From an uncultured Clostridia bacterium (GTDB lineage Bacteria > Bacillota > Clostridia > TANB77 > CAG-508), in assembly GCA_947626815.1 (NCBI GenBank), contig CANQTN010000007.1, positions 7,880 to 71,879 on the forward strand: 64,000 nucleotides of DNA, in the 5' to 3' direction. Position numbers and translations under genes: made by a program. This document shows, one piece after another, positions 10,168 to 20,400 of the stretch (its first letter is position 1; each line of letters opens with the position of its first letter). The notes beneath the pieces were generated by a model. That model had not been told where the DNA came from. It saw nothing but the letters and a program-made list of their open reading frames with translations, and ran no database searches.

Positions 10168-10902
10168 ATGAAATCAAAATTAATAAAAATAGCTATTTTA
10201 GTAAATACAATTATAATAATTTTATTTTCCACAATATTCCAAAAAAATATATCAATAGCATATAGTACAAGTCAACTTGAAAATCCAAGATATGGTCTTA
10301 TAGGAGATTTACAAGATGCAGCACGTAAAGCTGAAAGCTCATTCTTAGATTTTGATGCAGGAAAGCTATTAAAATATGACACGAAACAAGACTGTAGTGG
10401 TCAAGATTATGATACCACAGGAAGTGATAGTGAAAATTGTATTTGTATAGAACCAGAAAATCATAGTGGAGGAGGACATCAACGAGTAAAGAATATTATA
10501 GACCTTTATGAAGATGGAACTGTAAAATGCTGGACCTATAAAGCAAATGGTACTACACCTAGTTGCAAAACAACACAAGGAAGCAATACAAAAATTGTTA
10601 GAAAATTTGCATATTTAGCGCATAAAGCTCAAGGAGAAACAACACAGTATATACCAGATAATAGAGGATTATATAAATGGGCAATGAGATTTTGTGCATA
10701 TTTACCTAATCGTAAATATTTCATGGATACAATAGGACTTAGCAAGGAGTTTGGCTATGAGGATATATCAGATCGATATGTAGATAGTAAAGTTAGAAAT
10801 TTATGGTATACAGAAGCTGAAAACAGTATTAACACAAAACAATATAGGGCAAGGTTTATATTTTTATTAGATGCTGATTCAGGTGTAAGACGGACAAACT
10901 GA
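10168..10902 (+). CDS. Secreted Cys-rich N-terminal module (244 aa); apparent 5' fragment of a larger gene split by frameshift
   Basis: Signal peptide. Homologous to residues 1-260 of the 22542 protein (for example INTKQYRARFIFL vs ISEKQYYGRLVFL, and CICIEPENHSGGG vs VCIAPGNHANPEW). Homology continues in the +1 frame from 10889 into the 10904 ORF. Confidence 0.7.
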   Translation: MKSKLIKIAILVNTIIIILFSTIFQKNISIAYSTSQLENPRYGLIGDLQDAARKAESSFLDFDAGKLLKYDTKQDCSGQDYDTTGSDSENCICIEPENHSGGGHQRVKNIIDLYEDGTVKCWTYKANGTTPSCKTTQGSNTKIVRKFAYLAHKAQGETTQYIPDNRGLYKWAMRFCAYLPNRKYFMDTIGLSKEFGYEDISDRYVDSKVRNLWYTEAENSINTKQYRARFIFLLDADSGVRRTN

Positions 10903-10903
10903 T

Positions 10904-13900
10904 ATGCTATTTTATTCTAAAGAAGTAGAAAAAGCAAGTTTAACAATAAAGAAGACAGATACAAGTGGTTATGGATTAAGTGGAGCAGAATTTAGAGTTA
11001 CTGGACCTAATATAAATAGCGTGGTAAACACAGGTACACTTGGAACAGCTGTAGTAAACAATTTAAAACCTAATGGTACATATACAATTACAGAAATAAC
11101 ACCACCTAACGGATATGAACTTTCTAATATTAAAACACAAACAAAAACAGTTGTAGCAGGTAGTAACAATAGTGTAACATTTAGCAACCCTCTAAGTCCT
11201 TATATAGAAATAATTAAAAAAGATGCAGATGAAGGAAAAGTAGAAACCAGCGGAGATTTAAGTAGTGCACAGTTTGGAATATATTCTAATCAAGCTTGTA
11301 CAAATCTAATAGCAACTGGATATACTTCATATGAAAATGGCATATGTCACATAATAAGAAAAAAACAAAACCAAAATAACAATGCTAAATTTTATATAGG
11401 ACAACATGTATATATAAAAGAAATAAAAGCACCAGAAGGTTATCAACTAAATAATAATGTGCAACATAAAACATTAGTGGCAGGTAAAAATACATTCACA
11501 TTTACAAATCATCAAACACCAAAAATAAAAATTTATAAAGAAGATGCAGATAATAATGACCCTAATACTAATAAAGTTGCAGGTGCAACATTTGGAATTT
11601 ATAGTGATTCAGCATGTAGAAATAAACTTACAGAAGCAACAACAAAAGGTATGTATGGTGTAGCTGAAGTATCAGAATATACACAAAATGGTCAAATAAA
11701 ACAATTTGCAATAGGAGGAACATATTATGTAAAAGAAATTACACCACCTAACGGCTATCAACCAGCTGCGCAAAATCAACAGGTACAGTCGATAGGACCT
11801 TTAGTAGCAGGAGAAAATGTAGTAAGAAATAATAGACCTGATAATGGAACAGATCAACCTAATAATGTTATATTTAAAAACCGCAAAACACCAATAATAA
11901 AAATTAGAAAAATAGATAAAGAAAGTAAAGCCCCATTAGCAAATGCAAAATTTGGAATTTATGAAGATGAAGCATGTACAAAAAGGCTTACAGGAGGAAA
12001 AACAGGTGCAGATGGAATATTAACAAAATCACAATATGAAGATGAAAGGGGAAACAAGTATCAATTTAAAATTGGAGCAACATATTATGTAAAAGAAGAA
12101 GAAGCGCCAAACAAGTATTATCAATTAGATAAAAAAAATGTAAGAAAAATAGGACCTTTAGACCCAGGTGAAAATGAAAAATTTAATGATGAAGCACATA
12201 ATAATGTCACATTTGAAAACTATAAAACACCAATAATAAAAATTAAAAAAGTAGACAAAGAGGAACCTACTAAAGTATTAGAAAATGCAAAATTTGGAAT
12301 TTATAGCGATCCAGAATGTACGCCAGAACATAGACTAACAGGAGGAAGAACAGGCGCAGATGGAATATTAACAAAATTCCAATATGAAGATAAAAATGGA
12401 AATATACATCAATTTAAAATTGGAGAAACATATTACGTAAAAGAAGAAGAAGCGCCAAACAAATATTATCAATTAGATAAGAAATACATAAGAGAAGTAG
12501 GACCTTTAGTGCCAGGAGAAAATGAAGCATTTAACCAAAACTCACCAAATAATGTCACATTTAAAAACTATAAAACACCAATAATAAAAATTAAAAAAGT
12601 AGACAAAGAGGAACCTACTAAAGTATTAGAAAATGCAAAATTTGGAATTTATAGCGATCCAGAATGTACGCCAGAACATAGACTGACAGGAGGAAGAACA
12701 GGCGCAGATGGAATATTAACAAAATTCCAATATAAAGACAAAAATGGAAATATACATCAATTTAAAATTGGAGAAACATATTACGTAAAAGAAGAAGAAG
12801 CTCCAAACGAATATTATCAATTAGATGAGGACTACATAAGAGAAGTAGGACCTTTAGTGCCAGGAGAAAATGAAGCATTTAACAAAAATTCACCAAATAA
12901 TGTCACATTTAAAAACTATAAAACACCGATAATAAAAATTTATAAAAGGGATATAGACACTAATGAATTACAAGCAGGAGCAACATTTGGAATTTATAGT
13001 GACGAAGCATGCACACACAGGCTTACAGGGGGAACAACAGGAAAAAAAGGAGTATATGAAGTACATAACTACAAAGAAGGAAACGAAATAAAACAATTTA
13101 CAATAGGTGCTTACTATTGGATAAAAGAGGAAAAACCACCACAAGACTATGCAACAGCAAAACCAAAAATACAAAGAATAGGAAAGTTAAAACCAGGAGT
13201 AAATGAAACAAAGAATGAATTTACATATAAAAATAAATACATGACACTAACCATTATCAAAGTAGATGAATATAGACCATTCCATAGAGTAAAAGGAGCA
13301 GAATATAAAGTTTATACAGATGAAAATTTAACAAACCAAGTAGGGAAAGGAACTACTGATGAAAATGGAGAACTTTCAATAAAAGGAGTATTATTTGAAG
13401 GACAAACATATTATATAAAAGAAACGAAAGCACCATTTGGATATGAATTAAGTACAACAATAGGTAAAATAACATTAAAAGAAGGGTCAAACATAATAAA
13501 AATGACAAACCCAAAAAAACCAGACTACATATACAAATATGCAGAAGAAACAAACAAACAATATCCAGTAGCAAATGTAACAATAGGATATAAAAATTGG
13601 ACTCCAAATAATCCAAATTATACACATGCACCACCAGATTCAGCAAAACCAAAAGACAGATCTCAATATAAAACAGGAGAAGAATATCAAAGAGTAGAAG
13701 ATGCATACAATGATTGGAAAAATGCATATGAACATTATGTAACATCACGTAATGGAAAATATGTAACAACAGGAGTAACAGACAAAAACGGAAGAGTAGA
13801 AGTAGATGGAAATTTATTAAGGGAAGATGGAACATATGAAATATGGGAAATTGCAAGTGGAAATAAATATTTCCAAATTGATCAACCAGTACAAAAACTA

Positions 13901-16900
13901 GATGCGCATACTCTATATATTCCACATGATCCAGATGCTGAAAAAGAAATAATAGAAAACCCAAGAACTCATGAAGACATAGAAGGATGGGTATGGATAG
14001 AAGATGTGCCAAAAGGAGAACCAAATAATTTATTAGCAGGAGATCAAGGAGAAAAACTAGTCAATGGAGCATTAGTTGAATTAAAAACAAAAAATGGACA
14101 ACTAGTTAGATCAAAAGAAGGAAAAGAAATGAGCATGGTTACAGGCTCATTGGCAGGAAAAGGAAATGGATATTACAGATTTGATTTACTAGAAGTATCA
14201 AAAATAAAAGCTGATGATTATGTAATAGAAATTACATACAATGGTTTACTATATAAATCAATACCAGTAAAAGATTTAACAGCAAGAATGCCAAATGTTA
14301 CAAGAAGCTCAAAATTATCAGATATACCAGAAAAAAGAGCTCAATTAAATACAACATATTCAACGATAGATAAAAATAGTAAAACATTATCAGGAGGCAA
14401 TGCAGTACAATATGACACAAATACACCATATGAAAGTACAAGAATATGTGATAAAGTATATAAAGGATTATCAAATGAAGAAGCAGCATGTACACAAACG
14501 ACAACAAAAGGATATAATGTAACAGCAGATACAAAAACATCACAATATAAACTTATAGATAGTTATAATCCATTATATGATTGTATAACAAATGTAAATT
14601 TAGGATTAAGCAAAAGAGAAGAACCAAATTTAGTATTAGAAAAAGATTTACAAACAGTAAGAATAACAATAAATGGAGAAGAACATATTTATCAATATGG
14701 AGACAAAGATAAAGTACTATTAGAAGAGTTCCTTAAGAGTGGAGACATAAAACAACCAAAAGATAAAAATGATGTGGCCTCAATATATGATTTAAAGCCA
14801 AAAGTAAGAATGGGAGAAAAATATGGAAGCTTATCATATACAAGAGCATTAGAAGCATCAGACATAAAATATGATAGTAATAACTATGGAGACGTTCCAG
14901 AAGATAAAAAATTAGAAATAACAGCAACATATAGAATAGGAATATGTAACTTAGCAGAAGGATATGTGATGAAGGTAAATGGAATAGTAGATTATCTTGA
15001 CAACAAATATGACATTAATACAGTACAAGCATCAAGAGTAGCAAACATAGATGGCTCATTAGACCAAAATCAAAGGATTCCTGTAGATATACAACCAGGT
15101 TCAGGAGGATATAATGCAATAAGAATGCAAAATCTAAATATAGAAGTAGCACCAAAAACAGGAGGAAGTATAGATCAAAGCATTTACATAAGTGCAAAAA
15201 TCAAACCAGAACAATTAGTACAATTAGTAGATGATAAAAATACAAATATTGTACAAATGAGTAATTTTGCAGAAATAACATCTTATACTACAATAGATAA
15301 AGCAACTAGACAAGGAGTAGCAGGAATAGATATAAATTCACAACCAGATAATTTAAAAGTAGAAGATAAAAATACATATGAAGATGATTCAAATAAAGCA
15401 CCAGACTTCAAATTAGTATTACAAGAACCAAGAAAAATTTCAGGAACAGTATTTATAGATAAATCAACAGTAAATAGTAATAATATAAGACAAGGTGACG
15501 GAATATATAATAGTGATAATGAACCAGGACTAAAAGGAGTAAAAATTAGAGTATCTATAAATAGATACAAAGCTTCAACTGGAGGAAAAGGTACTTGGGA
15601 AGATGCAAAAATGTATACTGAATCTGGTTGGAAAATAGCAGAAGGAGAAACAGACAAATATGGTAACTTTACTATAGGAGGATTAATTCCAGGAGATTTC
15701 AAAGTAGAATATGAATGGGGAGGACAAACATACGAATTAAATGGAAATACTGAAAAAGTAAGAGTTCAAGATTATAAAGCAACAGTTGTAAATAAAGAAG
15801 TACATGCTAAAAAAGAACTTCCAGAAAATGCAAGAATATGGTATAGAGATGAATTCAAAAAAGCAAATGGAGAATGGGATACAAAAACAAATAAAGAATT
15901 AAGAAAATCTGATGCCATAGATGATTACAGTATGAGACAAGAAATAGATAAACAAGATACTGTAATGACATATCATAATAAAAAAGTAATAGAACAATAT
16001 AGTGGAGAACTAGAAGTAGAAAATAATGTAGAAGCAACACTATTAACTAAAATGAAATCAAGAACACCAATGTTTAATATAGGAATAGAATATTATGAAA
16101 GTGACAAAGGAAGTGGAACAACACCAAGTGAGGACGAAGAATATGTAAAAAATAATGGAAATCTAAAATTTGAAAATGGAATAGTACTAAAAGATGAAAA
16201 ATATCAAAACTGTTCAAAAGGTTTCGACTTTGGAATAGTAGAAAGAGCAAAACAAAAATTAGGATTACACAAAGAATTAAAAAGTGTAGAATCAGTAGCA
16301 GCCAATGGTACTATACTAGCAGAAGCAAAAAGAAACAAAACATCAGAAGACATGGTAACAAATAATGGACTTAGATATTTCAAGGAAGAGAAAGGAATGG
16401 TAGGTTCAGGAGTATTAGAATATGAAATAGACAACGAAATAGAACAAAGTGATAAACTATCAATTCAGTATGAAATTACAATAACAAATGTTGGGGAAGT
16501 AGAATACTTGACAGAAGAATTCTACAACTATGGAGCAGGACATGGAGAAGATGAAAATCAAGTGGTAAAATTAAAAGCAAAATCAATAATAGACTATTTG
16601 GATAATCAAATAACAACAAGTTTAGATATAAATGAAGAACAATGGCATATTTGTGCTCAACCAGACTATAATAAAGAATTTAATAACAGTAGTGATATTA
16701 CAAAACAGTTATTAAGTGAAGAAGTAATAACATATATGAAACAAAATTATGAAAATGTATTGTCAAAAGAGAACTTGGAAGATATTTGGTTAGACCCAAT
16801 TAAAAGAAAAAGTGTAGCAATAATGTTAGAATGTAGTAGATTATTAACAAATACAAATGAAGATGTAACATTTGCAAATGATGCAGAAATAATAAGAGCA

Positions 16901-17119
16901 TTAAAAACAGGAGGAGCAACATTAGAAGCAACACCAGGAAATTATATACCAGGAAAAATACAAACAAGTGAAATTGATAATGATACATCAGAGTTAGTAA
17001 CAGTAATATCACCAACAGGTTTAAACAAGAATTATGTGGCAATTGGAATATTAGGACTAAGTTCATTAGGAATTTTGGTATGTGGAATTATTTTAATTAA
17101 AAAATATGTATTGAAATAA
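10904..17119 (+). CDS. Giant surface protein (2071 aa) with tandem Cna-B-type domains and C-terminal TM anchor; probably 3' part of one gene with 10168-10902
   Basis: Repeated modules of about 115 aa carry KFGIYSD..C...RLTGG.TG.DG and YYVKEEEAPN.YY, matching the Cna-B prealbumin-like signature YY(I/V)KE.KAP.GY. Two units (12241-12585 and 12589-12945) are nearly identical at DNA level. SdrD-B-like segment GTVFIDKS...GLKGVKIRV...TDKYGNFTIGGLIPGDFKVEYEWGG. C-terminus VISPTGLNKNYVAIGILGLSSLGILVCGIILIKKYVLK. Confidence 0.85.
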   Translation: MLFYSKEVEKASLTIKKTDTSGYGLSGAEFRVTGPNINSVVNTGTLGTAVVNNLKPNGTYTITEITPPNGYELSNIKTQTKTVVAGSNNSVTFSNPLSPYIEIIKKDADEGKVETSGDLSSAQFGIYSNQACTNLIATGYTSYENGICHIIRKKQNQNNNAKFYIGQHVYIKEIKAPEGYQLNNNVQHKTLVAGKNTFTFTNHQTPKIKIYKEDADNNDPNTNKVAGATFGIYSDSACRNKLTEATTKGMYGVAEVSEYTQNGQIKQFAIGGTYYVKEITPPNGYQPAAQNQQVQSIGPLVAGENVVRNNRPDNGTDQPNNVIFKNRKTPIIKIRKIDKESKAPLANAKFGIYEDEACTKRLTGGKTGADGILTKSQYEDERGNKYQFKIGATYYVKEEEAPNKYYQLDKKNVRKIGPLDPGENEKFNDEAHNNVTFENYKTPIIKIKKVDKEEPTKVLENAKFGIYSDPECTPEHRLTGGRTGADGILTKFQYEDKNGNIHQFKIGETYYVKEEEAPNKYYQLDKKYIREVGPLVPGENEAFNQNSPNNVTFKNYKTPIIKIKKVDKEEPTKVLENAKFGIYSDPECTPEHRLTGGRTGADGILTKFQYKDKNGNIHQFKIGETYYVKEEEAPNEYYQLDEDYIREVGPLVPGENEAFNKNSPNNVTFKNYKTPIIKIYKRDIDTNELQAGATFGIYSDEACTHRLTGGTTGKKGVYEVHNYKEGNEIKQFTIGAYYWIKEEKPPQDYATAKPKIQRIGKLKPGVNETKNEFTYKNKYMTLTIIKVDEYRPFHRVKGAEYKVYTDENLTNQVGKGTTDENGELSIKGVLFEGQTYYIKETKAPFGYELSTTIGKITLKEGSNIIKMTNPKKPDYIYKYAEETNKQYPVANVTIGYKNWTPNNPNYTHAPPDSAKPKDRSQYKTGEEYQRVEDAYNDWKNAYEHYVTSRNGKYVTTGVTDKNGRVEVDGNLLREDGTYEIWEIASGNKYFQIDQPVQKLDAHTLYIPHDPDAEKEIIENPRTHEDIEGWVWIEDVPKGEPNNLLAGDQGEKLVNGALVELKTKNGQLVRSKEGKEMSMVTGSLAGKGNGYYRFDLLEVSKIKADDYVIEITYNGLLYKSIPVKDLTARMPNVTRSSKLSDIPEKRAQLNTTYSTIDKNSKTLSGGNAVQYDTNTPYESTRICDKVYKGLSNEEAACTQTTTKGYNVTADTKTSQYKLIDSYNPLYDCITNVNLGLSKREEPNLVLEKDLQTVRITINGEEHIYQYGDKDKVLLEEFLKSGDIKQPKDKNDVASIYDLKPKVRMGEKYGSLSYTRALEASDIKYDSNNYGDVPEDKKLEITATYRIGICNLAEGYVMKVNGIVDYLDNKYDINTVQASRVANIDGSLDQNQRIPVDIQPGSGGYNAIRMQNLNIEVAPKTGGSIDQSIYISAKIKPEQLVQLVDDKNTNIVQMSNFAEITSYTTIDKATRQGVAGIDINSQPDNLKVEDKNTYEDDSNKAPDFKLVLQEPRKISGTVFIDKSTVNSNNIRQGDGIYNSDNEPGLKGVKIRVSINRYKASTGGKGTWEDAKMYTESGWKIAEGETDKYGNFTIGGLIPGDFKVEYEWGGQTYELNGNTEKVRVQDYKATVVNKEVHAKKELPENARIWYRDEFKKANGEWDTKTNKELRKSDAIDDYSMRQEIDKQDTVMTYHNKKVIEQYSGELEVENNVEATLLTKMKSRTPMFNIGIEYYESDKGSGTTPSEDEEYVKNNGNLKFENGIVLKDEKYQNCSKGFDFGIVERAKQKLGLHKELKSVESVAANGTILAEAKRNKTSEDMVTNNGLRYFKEEKGMVGSGVLEYEIDNEIEQSDKLSIQYEITITNVGEVEYLTEEFYNYGAGHGEDENQVVKLKAKSIIDYLDNQITTSLDINEEQWHICAQPDYNKEFNNSSDITKQLLSEEVITYMKQNYENVLSKENLEDIWLDPIKRKSVAIMLECSRLLTNTNEDVTFANDAEIIRALKTGGATLEATPGNYIPGKIQTSEIDNDTSELVTVISPTGLNKNYVAIGILGLSSLGILVCGIILIKKYVLK

Positions 17120-17126
17120 TTATAAA

Positions 17127-17171
17127 GAGCCTTATAAGATTTTCTAAATTTAGAAAATCTGAGGCTTTTTT
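17127..17171 (+). terminator. Rho-independent terminator after first cassette
   Basis: AGCCT/AGGCT outer stem enclosing the perfect palindrome AGATTTTCTAAATTTAGAAAATCT, followed by TTTTTT. Confidence 0.6.
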
Positions 17172-17378
17172 ATATTCTATTTTTATATTCTAAACAAAAA
17201 AATATTTTGATATAAATCGATGAAAACCTAAGGAAATAAGAGAAACAGAAGAAATGAAAAAAATATTACAAAATGTAAAAAAAATGTAAAAAGAATTTAA
17301 AAAACAATAAAAAAAAATTTAAAAAGTAATATCCGTAAAAATATAAGAAATAACGCAAAAAAAGTAGAAAAAAAGGGA

Positions 17379-17407
17379 TTGCTTATTTTCAATTTTCGAT
17401 GTATAAT
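17379..17407 (+). promoter_or_regulatory. Putative sigma-A promoter of second giant surface-protein cassette
   Basis: TTGCTT - 17 nt - TATAAT, about 60 nt upstream of the 17468 start. Confidence 0.4.
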
Positions 17408-17467
17408 AGAAATAACAAGAATTTTGTTGAAATAGGTTTATACTATTAAGAAAGGAATGAAAATAAC

Positions 17468-20400
17468 ATGAAAGAAAAAATTACTAAAATATTTACCGTA
17501 ATAAGCTTAATAACAGTATTACTAGGAGTGGATTTAATATTTACAGGAGTAAAAGCAGTAGAAGCATTGTCAGAAACAAATGTAGAAAATATCACATTTG
17601 ATGCATATTTAAAAGATGGCGAAAAAGAAACTTATAGTAAAACAGCAATAATAAGCCAAGGAGAAAAGATATACATAAATATTGCACTTGCAAAAACAGG
17701 TGCTATTCAAGATGGAAAAATCAAAATTGAAGATGCAAATTTTAAAATCCAACCAATTGAAAATCAATACATTAAAAATGTAAATAGTGATACAAATGAA
17801 ATAGAATTAAATGAAATAATAGTAGGACATGATGTAAAAATTGAAATTCCAATAAAATTTGAAAAAACAGCACAAATGAATAAAGATTATATATCTCAAG
17901 AAGCAAAAGTAAAATTTTCAGGAAATTATCATGACAACAATAGAAAAAAAGCAGTTAAAGGAGAAAAAAAGATTAGTATAAACTGGAAAGAAACAGCAGA
18001 AGTAGAAATAGAACAAAATATAGAAAAATATATAAACCTATCAGAAACAACATTAATTCAAGAAAAAATAAATACTAAAATGGAAAACAACATACTAGTA
18101 AATGGAAAAACAATAACTACAAAAGTACCTCAAATAGAAGGAAACCTTCCAGAAGAAGTAGAAGTTTTAGTAAATGGAACAAAAGCAAATATAGAGAATT
18201 ACAATTATGACAAAGAAAAAAGAACAATAACAATAACAAACAAAAAAATAGATACAAAAGAAGATGAATATAAAGTAATTTATCAATACAAACAACCAAT
18301 ACAACAAGAAAAATTACAAATGGAATTAAACACTAAAGTAGAAGTATCACACTATACAGATGAAAAAATAGAAAAAGAAAAAAGTGATACAATAGAAGTA
18401 CAAAAAACAAACAATAAAGTTTCAATAAAAAATATAGCAAGTGATACTTTATATAAAGGATATATGTATACAGGAAAAAGAAACACAAACTATACAGATA
18501 AAATAGAAATAGAAATATCAACATTAGAAGATATAAGCGAAATAGAAATTAAAAATTTTAATGACAATTTCAAAAACGCAAGTGAAGCAATAAAACCTGT
18601 AAACAATAGCACATATATAAAAGAAATAAAATTTACAAAAGAAAATTTAGAAAACATATTAGGAAAAAACTTTGAAATAAAAATAACAGGAGAAAATGAC
18701 AAAGAACTAGCAACTGTAAAACCAGATAGCAACTGGGATAAAGGAAGTATAGCAATTTCTTTAGAAGAGCAAGAAATAGAAAAAATAAAAATAAAGACTA
18801 GCAAACCAGAAAAAATAGGAACATTAAAAATAGAAATAAACAAATATGTAAAAGAAAGTGCAGGATACAATAGAGAACAACTAAAAACATTTACAAAATT
18901 AGAAAACACAAAAACTATTTTAGTTAATGATATAGAAATACCAGCAAATAGTGTAAGCAAATTAGAAGATACAATAGCAGAAAGCAAAATAGAAATTAAC
19001 AAATCAAGACTATCAACATATAGTAAAAATGAAAATGTGCAAATATCTGCAATATTAAAATCAAATAGTGAAAAACATGATTTATATAAAAACCCATATA
19101 TAGAAATTAGACTACCAGAAGAATTAGAAGAAATTAATATAAACTCAACAAACATCTTATATGCAGATGGATTACAAATAAAATCAGCACAATACAACAA
19201 TGATACAAAAGCAATACAAATACAATTTGAAGGAGAGCAAAATGATTTCAGAACAAATGTAGAAGAAGGAATACAAGTAACAATAAATGCAAATTTATCA
19301 TTTAGAAAAAATATGGCAAGTAAAGAAACAGCAATTTCTATGATATACAGAAATGAAAATAGAAATGGAGAACAAAATGAAACAAGTACTAAAGTAAAAT
19401 TAACATCAAAATATGGAGCAATTTGGTATAACAACATATCAGGATATAACCAAGAAAATACAACAATAGAAAGTACAGGGGAAAAACTTATAGAAGCAGA
19501 ATTAGAACCAAATGAAAGTGAAAAACATCCAATAGTAAAGCAATCATTTATAAACAATTATGAAAGCCCAATAGATTCAATAACAATAATAGGAAATTTA
19601 GGTGGAGAAGACAGCGAAAAAGAAGGTATAGAAAGCAATTTTGAAACAAATTTAATTCAAAATGTAGCAGTAAGTGGCGCAAGTGTAAAAATATCTTATT
19701 CAAACAAAGAAAATGCAGAAAAAGACGATGAAAGCTGGCAAGAAAATATAACAAATTTACAAGACGTAAAATCATATAAAATAGAATTAGAAAAAGAACT
19801 ACAACCAGCTGAAAAAATAGACATTGCATATCAATTAAATATACCACAATCAGTAGGAGAAGGTGCTAAAACTTATCAAGTAACAAAAGCAACATATAAT
19901 TATAATGGACAAAATCTAAGCAACACATCTGCAATTTCTCTAGCATCAGAGGGAACAAAAATAGAAGGAGAAAAAAGTGAAAACGGTGGAATTAAAACAG
20001 AAATAGCAGTAATAAGTGGAAACAAAGAAATAAAAGAAGGAGAAGAAATACCAGAAGGACAAGCAATTAAATATACTATAAATATTACAAACAATACAGG
20101 AAAAGACTTAACTAATTTAAAAATGATAGCAGAACATACAAATGCAATATATTATATTCAAGAAGAAAAAGAAGCAGAACTTACAAACTCAGAAATACCA
20201 GAAATTATGCAATACACACGAAAAAATGAAGAAGCTACAAATATAACAAAAACAAAAGAAAACATAAAAAATGGTGAAACAGTAAAATTTGTATATGATA
20301 TAGAACCTAGAAGAAAAGATGGAGATGAAACAGTAGGAACAATAAAAATATATGCAGACAATTTAAAAGAACAACAAGTACAAACAATTAAAAACAAAAT

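Noticed and set aside
13353-14024. Numerous 60-350-aa minus-strand ORFs inside the giant plus-strand genes (Leu/Phe/Ile-rich)
   Set aside because: These are antisense artefacts of A-rich coding strands (poly-AAA/GAA codons give TTT/TTC-rich complements). They have no RBS, and their composition is implausible for proteins.
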